Assembly (NCBI GenBank): GCA_951406725.2
Contig: OX597820.1
Span: 2,976,001 to 3,040,000 of the forward strand
Direction: 5' to 3'
Length of the DNA: 64,000 nt
From: Octopus vulgaris
Lineage: Eukaryota
The notes beneath the pieces were generated by a model, which was not told where the DNA came from, ran no database searches, and saw only the letters and a program-made list of their open reading frames with translations. Of the stretch, positions 51,575-63,856 are shown piece after piece. Numbering within the stretch: the first letter of the stretch is position 1; each line of letters starts with the position of its first letter. The translations under genes and the position numbers were made by a program.

Positions 51575-53791
51575 AACATACACACACGCACAAAGTAGTG
51601 AGTGGTATGTGACTGTCTGGGTGATATTGGACAACAGAGGAAAGTCCCAACAAAACAAAATGCTCAGACCAGATAAGGAGGAGGAAAAGAAAAATTAAGA
51701 TGAACAAGAGAGAGGGGGAGAGAGAGAGAGAGAGAGGTGCAATAGAGGAAAAGGAAGAGAAGAAAAGAAAGCAAGAAGGACAATCTGAATGCAGCAGAGT
51801 GTTTAGAAGAAGACAGAGACACAGGGTGTATAATTAGAAGGAGAGTGGGTGGGTGGCTTCTGGCAAATGAGCCAAAAGGAGAGGATGCTGCCACCCTGCT
51901 AGAAATAGCAGCTAAATCTCCTGGAATCTACATTTGGCTATCTTAGAAAAGAAAACTAAGACATACTAGATAAAGTGGTTCTCTGTGCATTATGCTGAGA
52001 GAAAACAGGATGGTCATGGATGGAATGCCTTGATTAGCATAGACTTAGGTATAAACAAGAACAACATACATAAAAGCCCTTATATGAGCTCTTGGTACCT
52101 TAACTTTTCATTTGTTTCAGTCATTGGACTGTGGCCATGCTGGGGCACCACTGTGAAGGGTTTTCATTGAACAAATTAACCTCAGGAGTCTGCTACTTAT
52201 TCTATCAAGAACTTTTGCTGAACCACTAAGTTACAAGGGTGTAAACAAAACGACACCAGTGGTCAACAGGTGGATGAATGACAAACAGACACACACATAC
52301 ATGATGGGCTTCCACACAGTTTCCAACTATCAAATTCACTCACAAGGCATTGGTTGATCCGGGGCTGTAGTAGAAGATGTTTGCCCTGGGTACCACATAA
52401 AGGGGTATTTCACTTTATATAAAATATATTGATGTAGAATAGAAATAATCTAAAACAACAATAAAGCTTTTTTTTTTTAAATAAAGTGAATAGGACGAAC
52501 AAACCTGAGGCTTAACACCTTGTATTATACTCACCTGTATACACAAGATACACACCTGAAATCTTGTATGTTGATTTCGGGGGGAGGGGAAATGCGTGTG
52601 TGTTATATAAGGTATTGTTATGGGATTTACACATCAACATCAACAGATGAATGTAAAACAAACACAAAACTGAGAGGAAATGAGAGATTATTCAGTAGGG
52701 TTCTTTTCTACTCTGGGCACAAGGCCTGAAATTTTGGGGGGAGGGGGCAGTCGATTAGATCGACCCCCAGTATGCAACTGGTACCTTATTTATCGACCCG
52801 ACAGGATGAAAGGTAAAATCGACCACGGCGGAATTTGAACTTAGAATGTAAAGACAGACGAAATGCCGCTAAGCATTTCGCCCGGTGTGCTAACGTTTCT
52901 GCCAGCTCACGGCCTTAAAATAGTTATACTCTTTTCTACTCTAGGCACAGGGCCCCAAAATTTGGGGGAGGGAGCCAGTCAATTAGATTGACCCCAGTAT
53001 ACAACTGGTACTTAATTTCTCGACCCTGAAAGGATGAAAGGTAAAGTCGACCTCAGCGGAATTTGAACTTAGAATGTAAAGACAGAAGAAATAGCACGAA
53101 GCATTTCGCTCAGTGTGCTAACGTTTCTGCCAGTTTGCTGCTTTATAAGTAAGGTTGAGCAACAAGTGGGTGCATATGAAATATATGGGAGCCTTCTACT
53201 ATAGCCTCAGGCTGGTCAAAGCCTGGAGTGGATTTGGTAGATGGAAACTGAAAGAAGCATGTTGTTTGTATGTGTTTGTCCCACACAATTGGTGTTCGTG
53301 TGTTCTCATTCCTGCAACTTAGTGGTTGGGCAAAAGAGACTGACAGAGTAAGAGGCAGGCTTAAACTAGAGATAAGTCCTGAGGTTGATTTATTTGACTA
53401 AAATAACTTCAAGGTGACACCCCAGTATGGCCACAGTCTTATGACTGAAACAAGTAAAAGAATAAAAGACCCCAGCACAAGGCAGTGCCCCAGCATGGCC
53501 ACAGAGAAAAGAAGCAGAAACAAGAAGTTAACCCTTTAGCATTCAGATTATTCTAAGGCTTATTTAGTCAAATTGTAGTTTCAAGATTTAGACGAATTGA
53601 TTGTATATTTATAGAATGACATTGTAGGGTAGGTGTGAGAGGATGGATCTGGTCACTTTGAACCTAAAACAGGAAAAACATTTGGACTGGATACGGTTGA
53701 TTTAAAGGCTAAAAGAGGAAAGACTCGGATGAGTGAAATCAGGAAAAGAAAAAAATGGAGGGAAGAAGGAATATGGAATGAAAGAAAAGCA

Positions 53792-54019
53792 TTAACCCTT
53801 TCGGTACCAATCCGACTGAAACTGGCTCTGGCTTTGTAGTACAAATGCCTTGTTTTCGTAAGTTTGGAATTAAAATCCTCCACCAAACCTTAGTCACAAT
53901 TTATGTTCCTAATACTAGCTGAATGATTACTAAGTTATTTTACTAAAGTCTTTGTTATATTTAAACTTAATTGAAAGAAACACAGAACATCTCAACAGAA
54001 ATGTGGTAAAGAAAGGGTT
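53792..54019 (+). mobile_element. Solo copy of the piggyBac-like MITE
   Basis: ttaaccctttcg...aaagggtt; body matches the 39.6-kb units. Confidence 0.85.
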
Positions 54020-55749
54020 TGATAATTTTTCACAACCATCTTTGAGACGGGATACAACACCAAGATGTAACTGAACCATTCAGATATTTGAATCTGTTGG
54101 CCTTGTGTATACAGCTTTCCTCTCAGAGAATTACCTGTACCTGTCATCAGCCCTAGGACATGTGACGGTAGGGCTTCACCCAGTTTCCACAGTGAATGAG
54201 ATTATGATACTCCTTCCCCTGATCAGGATGCTAGTCCATCACAGGATTAACTTCCCAGCTGTTACTGGAACAATAAGTCTTTTACTCAAAAACACAAAGC
54301 ACTGTCCAGCTTGGGGATTGAAACCAAGATTTCATGATTGTAATTGCAACACCCTAACCATTAGGCCACCTGCCTTCACTCTCAGAGAATTATGTGTAGA
54401 ACATTGACCTTTCAGTGTGTACACAGCTGCCTGCACACAACCAGTGAAAACGCTTTTATGTAATTGCATATAGTGCTAGAAATAGCAGCCAATTTTCTCA
54501 AAATTCATACCCTCAGACAACGAGGTGTTAGATATATATATATATAAGGCAAAATGGTGACCACTTGGGTGGACACTGTCTTCAGTCAAGTCTGTTCAAT
54601 CAAGACAAACGTTGGGTAAAACAACTAATTTAACCCATTCCATAAACTTCATTCTGAGCCTAGCAGTGAAGACATTTCCGTAAAATCACTTCCTCTCATC
54701 TTAAGAAAAGAAAGAATACATTAAATGTGCTAGAATCTTTAATCAAAAGACATATGATGTCCTTACACTGCCTATTCTACCATCATTATAAGCACCTTTG
54801 CTTTTAAAAGCTACCAAGTCCCACACCAAACTCCAGCAGACACCCACCTCTCCTTTCCAGACACACACACGTTAACCACTCTTCTCAATCCTTAACCTTC
54901 TGGAATTCCATCCCAGTCCACATTTGTGCAGCAGATGTTGGCTGACAGATGTCCAAGCTCAACATCAACTAAATCGATGCCATCAATCTCAGGGATTCTG
55001 TGAAAGTCATGGACACTGTCCACACCTCTAGATCGAACTTTTGCCTGTCTAAAGCATTTTCATAAGTTAGCCCCAAACGTCCAAGCTTGTTTTCAGACTT
55101 TTAGGGAGTCCTCGTTTCATACATTCTGAGCAACAAAAAGCATTCCTTTCACAATTCCCAACTTACTCTCGTGACTGAAAAAAAAATTGGGAATTGTGTA
55201 TTACACCTGATACACAGATGATAGGGATACACGGATGCCCTGGGTATCATATGTGATACACAGAACAGGCAAAGGGTTTAAACCCGACCCCCAACCCACT
55301 AGGTATGATCAAAGACTTTCGTTAGCTTGCAGCGCTGAGCAAAAATTCTTGTTTGGCTTAATGAAAAGATGAAAAGCACCAGTAATATTTTATCCAAGAT
55401 ACACTAAAAAGATGCTTCCAAAATTCACCCAAAAATGAAGACAATGAAAATATTCTTTGAATTGGTAACAAGTACAGTTCTTTGTATTTAGGGTAACAAA
55501 TACAGGCTTAGATCTCAAGAAAACTGCACACTCACAGAGTAAAATCATTGAATTGAGGTTGTTTAAGGAGTCGAAACAAACTCCCCCCCCCCAGCATTTA
55601 TAATTTTGATAAGCAATATAAAAATAAAACATGATTTCTTAAGCAGAATATAATGTCCAGTTTTTAGGGTAAGGTGGCACTTGCAGTTTCTTAAAACAGA
55701 GGAACCTCAGTTTACCAACAATTTTCAAACATATAAAAAGGTATCAGGT

Positions 55750-55852
55750 GATGACAGGTACCTCGAGTAACGAAGATAACATGTACCTCGAGTAACGAAG
55801 ATGACAGGTACCTCGAGTAACGAAGATGACAGGTACCTCGAGTAACGAAGAT
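55750..55852. repeat. 25-bp minisatellite x4
   Basis: gatgacaggtacctcgagtaacgaa repeated. Confidence 0.95.
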
Positions 55853-56784
55853 GCAACAATGGTTGGCAAAAGGCTGGGAGTTATCAGCAAGAGAGCATCG
55901 GTCGGTGTTTAGCTATCGCTCAGGGCACATCCCTGTGCAAACTCACCATTCCTTGACTTGAATTTCCTATGGGAAAAATAGTTTTCGTTCACGAACATTT
56001 TGGGTGACAAACAGAGATTCCACAGTAAGTTGTTCCAATGAGAAATGTTGTCATCCAGTGTTCACAAGTTTACAGATAGATATTACAGATTTAAAAATAA
56101 ATACAATATCAGAGATTCGCTCAGAGTCAAAAGAAAAATTGTAAAGTGCTGTCTTGGAGCCTCGGAATCATTGTGCCGGTTGCCTGGTTTCCACGAAGCA
56201 AAGGTGACCAAGATCACAAGAATCACCTCTGCATCGGATGCCAGTCCACCATCACACTCATTTGCAGAGCAAGGTGGAATGAAGGGCTTTGCTCAAGAAC
56301 ACACCACCCAGTCCAGGAATTGAAACCACTTTCTTGCAATCGCAAGTGCAACACCCTAACCACCAGGTCACACACCATTACAGATTTATTCATACACACA
56401 AAAAAAAAGGGTAAAATACTGACGTTGATTATTAACTGCTACACGAATAAAAATTTATTAAAAATATATTGATAATTTAATTGAAGCTGAGGTTACCTGT
56501 CATTAAATATAAAAAAAACTGTTGAGGGTATTTTTGCGTAATATTTTAATCCTTTCACGTTTTTTTTGGCAAGACTTCTGAATAATTTTCTCAATGGGAA
56601 AATAAAGCTTTCTTCTTTGCAACGAGAGAAAAAAGTTTATACTTCTGTTTGTAGTGCTTCAATGAATATTTCCTCCAGAAGATAAGAAACCATGGAATAG
56701 CATTATGCATGTGGCAAGCTGGTGAGTCATTGACAGATATATATATATATAAAGTGATGCGCTAGAAACACTACCAAGATGCAC

Positions 56785-56804
56785 TCAACCATCTTCTACA
56801 AAAC
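56785..56804 (-). CDS. Probable terminal coding exon of the bMERB gene (GFVEDG*)
   Basis: Strong acceptor gtttttgctttttcttttatttttcag|GT; phase 1 compatible; TGA at 56787-56785. Confidence 0.6.
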
Positions 56805-56915
56805 CTGAAAAATAAAAGAAAAAGCAAAAACATATACATGCTGTGCCTGAGGAGACCGACTGAGGCAAGAACATCAACATCAACATCAATATCAAATGGA
56901 AATTGTAGTTCTGAT

Positions 56916-57286
56916 ACCTGTGCCAGTGGCACGTAAAAAGCACCAACTGATCGGGGCTGCTGCCAGCCTCCCCTGGCACCTGTGCCAGTGGCACGTAAAA
57001 GCACCAACTGATCGGGGCTGCTGCCAGCCTCCCCTGGCACCTGTGCCAGTGGCACGTAAAAAGCACCAACTGATCGGGGCTGCTGCCAGCCTCCCCTGGC
57101 ACCTGTGCCAGTGGCACGTAAAAAGCACCAACTGATCGGGGCTGCTGCCAGCCTCCCCTGGCACCTGTGCCAGTGGCACGTAAAGCACCAACTGATCGGG
57201 GCTGCTGCCAGCCTCCCCTGGCACCTGTGCCAGTGGCACGTAAAAAGCACCAACTGATCGGGGCTGCTGCCAGCCTCCCCTGGCAC
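56916..57286. repeat. Six near-identical ~61-bp tandem units inside a (GAT)n-tailed SINE
   Basis: acctgtgccagtggcacgtaaaaagcaccaactgatcggggctgctgccagcctcccctggc repeated six times. Confidence 0.95.
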
Positions 57287-58125
57287 GTAAAAAGCACCCA
57301 CTACACTTGCGGAGTGGTTGGCGTTAGGAAGGGCATCCAGCTGTAGAAACACTGCAAGATCAGACTGGAGCCTGGTGCAGCCTTCTGGCTTCCCAGACCC
57401 ATCCAACCCATGCTAGCATGGAAAACGGATGTTAAACAATGATGATGATGATGATGTGTTTGTGTATATATATCATTATCATCGTTTAACGTCTGCAATG
57501 ACCGAGACGTCTGGCATTATGTTGTGCTTGAGAAGAAGACCCATCAGGTCAATTTGCAGTCAAGGCAGATACTGGGGTCATGCAAATGGCACGTAAAAGG
57601 CACCCTCTACACTCTCGGAGTGGTTGGCATTAGGAAGGGCATCCAGCTGTAGATGACCATGCCAAATCACACTGGACTCTGGTGCAGCCTTCCAGTCTGC
57701 CAGCCTTGGTCAAACTGTCCAACCCATGCCAGCATGGACAACGGACATTAAATGATGATGATGATGCCTTTTATAAAGGACACGATATATTTATATATCA
57801 ATTCCTCACTAATTAATGTCCATTTTCCCCACATTTGCATAGACCAGATTGCATTCATTTTATTGGTTGAGGTAGATTTTCTCCAGCCAGATGACCTCCA
57901 TCTCACTAATTCTCACCTGTCTCCAAGGAAGGCAATATTTGCCTACAAACCAGCAAAGATTTCATGAAACACTGCCACACAATGGGACTGAACTCAAGGC
58001 CACATGGTTGGGAAACAAGCTTCTTAACCTACAGAGCCATGCCTGTACTTACACACACACGTCAGTACAAATGCTATTGTTGAATATCATTACAATGAAA
58101 TATAAGAAAACAAAAGCCATTTTAC

Positions 58126-58172
58126 CTTTTTTTGAAAGCATTTCCTGAATCTCTTCGTCTTCTTCTTGATAT
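58126..58172 (-). CDS. Next bMERB exon: (R)YQEEDEEIQEMLSKK(G)
   Basis: tgttttag|A acceptor and AAG|gtaaa donor; 47 nt. Phase 2 matches the previous exon and completes the R.R..EED motif of bMERB. Confidence 0.8.
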
Positions 58173-60090
58173 CTAAAACAATCAAACAAAAACGGTTTAG
58201 AAACTAAAAACACCTTTGCTGATTCACAATTAATCTACGTCTTTTTTCCTTAGCATCAGAATTGCTCTTCTCCCATTTTTCAATGCCAACAGAAGTAACA
58301 TGATGCGTTGGCAAATCTTGGACAAGTCCTTTTACTCATTAACATAAGCACACGACTAAGATTTTACACAAAGAAGACATACTTGATCAAGCATTTCAGC
58401 TCAGAATTTAACAAGACGCTCTCGGAGTGGTTGGCGTTAGGAAGGGCATCCAGCTGTAGAAACTCTGCCAGACCAAGATTGAAGCCTGGTGCAGCCATCT
58501 GGTTTGCCAGCCCTCACTCAAACCATCTAACCCATGCCAGCATGGAAAGCGGACGTTAAACGATGATGATGATGGTGAAAACAACCAGAAAACATTTTGT
58601 CAGTCTCTTTACATATTCTTTTACATCACTATCTTTTGGGATAATAATAACAATGATGATAATCTTTTCTACACTAGGCACAAGGTCCAAAATTTGCAGG
58701 GAGGGGCCAAGTTGATTACACTGACCCCAGTGCTCAACTGGTACTTATTTCATTGACTCCCAAAAGGACAACAGGCGAAGTTGCCCATGGTGGAATTTGA
58801 ACTCATGGACAAAATACTACTGAGCATTTTGCCTGGTATGCTAAAGATTTTGCTATGGTTTGGTGCGTATCACGCAAGGCTAGAGATGGGAGCAATGACC
58901 TTCCCTCGCAAATACTAATCAGACACAGACAGTGTGTTGTTAGCCACCTGGAGGAGATGTCTTCCTGGGGCTAAAAACATCAGTAATCTCGTCCTCTATG
59001 GGACCACCACATTTAGCTGGCAAATATATTTTACGAATAATAATAATGATGTTTTCTTTATTAACCACTAAGGGTTCAACAAAAAATATTGGGGGTAGTA
59101 CTGTTTTATTTAAAGAAAAGGGATAAAATTAAAAATCAAGTACACAAATGATATTTATTTCGAACAATCGTTTTCAAACAATTTTCATGATACATAAAAA
59201 CTTTAGTATCAATGGAATTCCAGTACAGACAGAATTGCAAACTGTGTTGTAACAAGCACCCCAAAATGGGTATCTATCCAAACATATCAACTTCTGCCCT
59301 ACATTTGCTATCCATATACAATTACTAATATGTGACCAACTAATACCCAGTAAAAACCCAGTTAGTTTCGCTTCTCGACTACGAATCAAATTCCATACAA
59401 AATGTTACAAGAGTAAGTCATAAAATGAGCTCAAGGCTCTTAGATTAACAATTTGGAATATTTATACTTTCCATGAGTTTCATCAAATAAACTAATAAAT
59501 TAATTAATCTACTAATTTGTATAACTAGGGTCTCCCACTTCCACGTCCTCCCTCTACTTTATGTGTATATCTATATATATATATAGGCACAGGAGTGGCT
59601 GTGTGGTAAGAAGCCTGCTTCCCAACCATGTGGTTCCAGGTTCAGTCCCACTGCATGGCATCTTGGGCAAGTGTCTTCTGCTATAGCTTTGGGCCGACCA
59701 AAGCCTTGTGAGTGGATTTGGTAGACGGAAACTGAAAGAAGCCCACTGTATGTGTGTGTATCTGTATGTGTGTGTTTGTCCCGTCATCACCACTGCTTGA
59801 CAACCAGTGTTGGTGTATTTATGTCCCCTGTAACTTAGCAACTCAGCAAAAGAGATTGATAGAATAAGTACGAGGCTTCAGGAAAATATTAAATTCTGGG
59901 GTCGATTCATTTGAGTAAAAATTCTTTCAAGGCAGTGCCCCAGCATGGCCACAGTCTAATGATTGAAACAAAGAAAAGAGAAAAGATACTTCCATGCATG
60001 TTGCATTTTTAAAAGACATATTCAACCTTCAAGAATTATCCTCATCATTTAATGTCCATTTTCCATGCTGGCATGGGTTGGATGGTCTGA

Positions 60091-60162
60091 CAGGAGCCGG
60101 CAGGGCCAGGAGCCGGCAGGGCCAGGAGCCGGCAGGGCCAGGAGCCGGCAGGGCCAGGAGCC
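60091..60162. repeat. 16-bp GC-rich minisatellite x4.5 inside a SINE
   Basis: caggagccggcagggc repeated. Confidence 0.95.
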
Positions 60163-60887
60163 ACAACAAGCTCCACTGTCTCGTTGGATGCCCTTCCCAA
60201 AGGTGGGCATCATTAGTTGAAAAGTTAACTTCATTGACCATTAATCTTTACTCTTTTACTTGTTTCAGTCATTTGACTGAGGCCATGCTGGAGCACCGCC
60301 TTTAGTTGAGCAAATCGACCCCAGGACTTATTCTTTGGAAGCCTAGTACTTATTCTGTCGGTGTCTTTTGCTGAACCGCTAAGTTACGGGGATGTAAACA
60401 CACCAGTGTCGGTTGTCAAGCGATGTTGGGAGGACAAACATATATATATGACAGGCTTCTTTCAGTTTCCGTCAACCAAATCCATTCACAAAGCTTTGGT
60501 CGGCCTGAGGCTATAGTAGAAGACACTTGCCCAAGGTACCACGCAGTGGGAATGAACCCAGAACCATGTGGTTGGTAAGCAAGCTACTTACCACACAGCC
60601 ACTCTTGCGCCTATTAACGAAATCTGATTAATGGTTTGGTTGACTGATGGTTTGGTACCCAGGTTTGGCTCTTCCTAACACCAACGACTTTATAGAGTAC
60701 ACTGGGTGCTTTTTAGGTGGCACCAGCACCAGTGCTTTTTTGGTGTTGGGGGATGAAATTTGGAAGCGAGGGAGAAGGTTGATGGGGGTAGATCCCCTAT
60801 TGGACAAGCATTACCAAAGTGGTTTCAGGATAACCTTTCAAAATAAAGAATTCTCTCAATGCCAATAAAAGAAAGTTCCCCTGTTAC

Positions 60888-60999
60888 CTGAGCCTGTTCT
60901 CTTCAATGGTTTCGACAATAACGTTGCGCTTGTTGACCACAGCAATTTTCTTTTTAATCAATTCTTTTTCTCGTTTTTTAATTTTTTTGGTTCGTTTGG
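60888..60999 (-). CDS. Internal exon of a bMERB-domain (MICAL/MICAL-L/EHBP1 family) gene: KRTKKIKKREKELIKKKIAVVNKRNVIVETIEENRLR
   Basis: atgcag|CC acceptor and CTCAG|gtaac donor on minus; 112 nt (phase 1 to 2). Pattern RE..L......V..RN..V..IEE.R.R fits the bMERB C-terminal helix. Confidence 0.8.
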
Positions 61000-61307
61000 C
61001 TGCATATTAGGAATAGAAACAAACAAAAACAAAAAAAAAAAATGCAATTATTAATTAAAATTACTCTGCATTCACTTAATTGGATATACAAATTTTGAAG
61101 AACCAGTTTTAATACAAAAATGCAATTTATTTATAAAAAGACTTTGACATTTTAGCTCCAGTTTCAATGTTCCGTTTGAACTCTCTTCCTTGAACTTTCT
61201 GTTCTCTCTGTAGCAAAAAGGATCAAGTGTTTCTGCAGTTTACCAAAGAGTAGCAGAAATATTTTTGTTCTTTCAAGACACCCTCAATATAGTGATTATA
61301 TGTATAT

Positions 61308-61355
<48 letters not shown>

Positions 61356-61366
61356 TTTATCTAAAT

Positions 61367-61465
61367 CAGCAGAAAATTCAACAAAACCTGTTACTCTGAG
61401 TTTCCCGTTCCTGATGAACGGCAACGGGAAACTCAGAGTAACAGGTTTTGTTGAATTTTCTGCTG
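61367..61465. mobile_element. Perfect ~43-bp hairpin with hammerhead core (CUGAUGA...GAAA CUCAGAG UA) at the turn; Penelope-like, in (TA)n
   Basis: Arms cagcagaaaattcaacaaaacctgttactctgagtttcccgtt and its reverse complement; loop cctgatgaacggc; flanked by (TA)n. Confidence 0.75.
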
Positions 61466-61570
61466 CTTTAAATAAAGCATATTACTCTACCACTGGTATT
61501 TGAGTACTCTTTTTTCCACCTTGTTTCACATTTATGTGTTTACTCTGGTATATATATATATATATATATA

Positions 61571-61890
61571 AAATTATAAATTAGGGTATCTATGAGATAC
61601 CACCATGCTGAAAATAGCAGCCATGAACCGACTCTAAAACCACCTTAAGTTTTCATATAGCAACATCCAGTAATTTTTTACTAGTTTCGTCTTGTGTCTT
61701 CTCTCCATGATGCTATATGAAAACTTAAGGTGGTTTTAGAGTCGGTTCATGGCTGCTATTTTCAGCATGGTGGTATCTTGTAGATACCCTAATTTATAAT
61801 TTTGATAATTATTACCTTTTGAAGGTTATTTCTTCCATGATAAGTTCGTTGTTTTATTTTAAATTAACGATCTTATCCTTATTTATTTAT
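61571..61890. mobile_element. Fold-back element with ~85-bp arms (61571-61655 and ~61706-61802) plus AT-rich tail, in (TA)n
   Basis: Near-perfect inverted arms; the loop on minus contains GACGAAACUAGUA (3' half of a hammerhead). Confidence 0.7.
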
Positions 61891-62390
61891 ATATATATAT
61901 ATGTTTTCATTTGAGCATAGAATAACCAGGGAAAAATACCGTAAAAGGATGTTCAGAGAAAAGTTTAACCCTTTAGCATTTAAACTGGCCATAACCAGCC
62001 AAAATATTCCACCTGTTTTATCTTCAAATCAACTAGATCCTGCCTCTCAGACCGACCCTACAATGTTGTTCTAAAAATAAACAATCACATATGAAGTTCT
62101 GAGATAATGCATGCTTTATTGAAACAATCTGGATAAATAAATGTTGCATTTGTCAGAGCAATCTGAATTGTAAAGGGTTCATTTAGGTTCCAAACGCCAG
62201 CAACGACAAAGTTGTTTTATTAAATTCTTCATTATTTTAAAAATAGATTGAGACGAAGGCAGTGAATAAAACAGCGGCACGGTTATAAAATGGTTAATTA
62301 TGCATTATCTTGAAGATGGGATTGTTTACTTTTAGAACAACATTTATTTGAAGACAAAACCGGTGGAATATTTAAGCCGAATATGACCAG

Positions 62391-62798
62391 AAAATTACTA
62401 TTTTTAAATCTCACAAAAGGAGATATTTAGCAACAGTACTTTGGAGTAAAGATTGTTTGCCAACATAACATGGCAGTCCTGGTTTAGGACGAATGTTGCT
62501 GTAATTTAGCCCCAGGAGACATGATCTGTGTCCTTATATTTTCAAACAAGGGAATCTAGTACCCTCACTCAGCTCAAAACAATTATTCTGTGCTGATGAA
62601 GGGAAATAACCCAGAAATCGTGATACACAGATATTGTTTTGAGCTGAGTGGGGGTGCTAGATTCCCTTGTTCGAAAATATAAGGACACAGATCGTGTCGT
62701 ACAGCCAGCTGGAGACAATGTCTCGTGGGGCTAAATTACAGCAACATTCGTCCTAAACCAGGACTGCCATGTTATGTTGGCAAACAATCTTTACACCA
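62391..62798. mobile_element. Hammerhead-centred fold-back insertion with 11-bp TSD, inside a piggyBac-like MITE
   Basis: Inverted arms 62440-62592 and 62626-62800; aatatgaccag duplicated at 62380-62390 and 62799-62809; host ends ttaaccctttagcatttaaactgg (~61966) and ccagtttaaatgctaaagggttaa (~62829). Confidence 0.75.
62587..62631 (+). ncRNA. Type-I hammerhead forming the loop of a ~360-bp fold-back element
   Basis: tctgtg CUGAUGA a GGG-aaataa-CCC a GAAA UC-GU-GA U A cacaga; stem I continues into ~150-bp inverted arms. Confidence 0.7.
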
Positions 62799-63370
62799 AA
62801 TATGACCAGTTTAAATGCTAAAGGGTTAAAGGAAATTTTGATAAAATTTGGACCATTTAAAAAAGGGGGAAGATTGTATAACAGAACCAAGTAGGTTGGT
62901 GTTTAAACAGTTAATTCAGAACTAAACGGTTAATGGTTAAAGAGTAACCAACACTGAAATAAAAGTTCTTTTCAGCTCCAGTTTAATGATAGCAAAGAAC
63001 TTCACATGTGAAACAAAATCAATAACAAATATATTCCTGAAAAAAAAATTGACTGAAGGGTTTGAAAAAAAAAAACAAAAAAAACTAGGAGCTAGCTGAG
63101 GAGTGCAGTGCTTGAAGGTCATGGAAGGAAGGAACATTGTTGAGCTTGGTCACATTGTTGGGGTTTACAGTTGTGCGAACATGAGGCAGGTGTGAGGCGT
63201 GGCGGTCAACAAAGAGGGTTTTTGGTTCATGCCTGTGCAGTATAGAATTCTAAGCAAAGCAAGCAGCAAATACAGACTTATCTCATCTCAACTCCACCAA
63301 ATATTTATTCCACAATATTCTAATGAAGCAAAGCAAGCAGCGAATATAGTTCTAACTCTTCCAAACTCTT

Positions 63371-63856
63371 TTGACATGTGTCAATGTCTGTAAGAAAGGA
63401 CTAGAAACAATCAAACCATTCATCTTTCTCAACTCAGTTCTGAAGACGTTGCTCCAACCAAGATTCCATCTACCTGGGTCTTACTTCCTCACCATGACAA
63501 CCAGTTGTCGGGTCTTCTCTCATCTGCTCTCACTAACCCATCTTTACTCTCCAGGCTACACTCGATTCTTTCCAAAACGTGAAATTTGTGTCTACACAGA
63601 AGCAACCATCACAGTAATTCATCTTTCTCATTTAAATGTCAGCTTCAACTTTCTCTCGGAGAAAGCATTTATTCTCCACGCCATTAAGTTCCTCTGGGAT
63701 CTCCATCAGACGTCTCCGACAATCACTGAGTGTTCAATGGCCGTGCCTCCTGCACTGAGCACAACTATCTCAATGGCATCACCTCTCCCTAAAGCCATTC
63801 TTCTTGCACAACTTTATTCTTCTTGCACTCCTTCTAAAAACTTTAAACACCAATAA
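63371..63856 (+). mobile_element. Possible decayed CR1/Jockey-type AP-endonuclease remnant
   Basis: HLYSPGYTRFFPKREICVY resembles LINE endonuclease I.GY...GG.CVY; weak. Confidence 0.3.

Noticed and set aside
55750-55852. CRISPR-like appearance of the 25-bp repeats, and of the 19.7-20.2-kb anchors
   Set aside because: No unique spacers, no cas genes, eukaryotic context.
56771-57406. 211-aa and 170-aa repetitive ORFs
   Set aside because: Produced by the 61-bp tandem array in a SINE; only the last 20 nt (GFVEDG*) are plausibly exonic.
59174-59400. Minus-strand 71-aa ORF, vaguely like an L1/Tx1 C-terminus
   Set aside because: No diagnostic motif and no splice support.
61140-61225. Possible extra minus-strand exon (ctacag|AGAGAAC...)
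   Set aside because: No convincing donor and no bMERB-like peptide.
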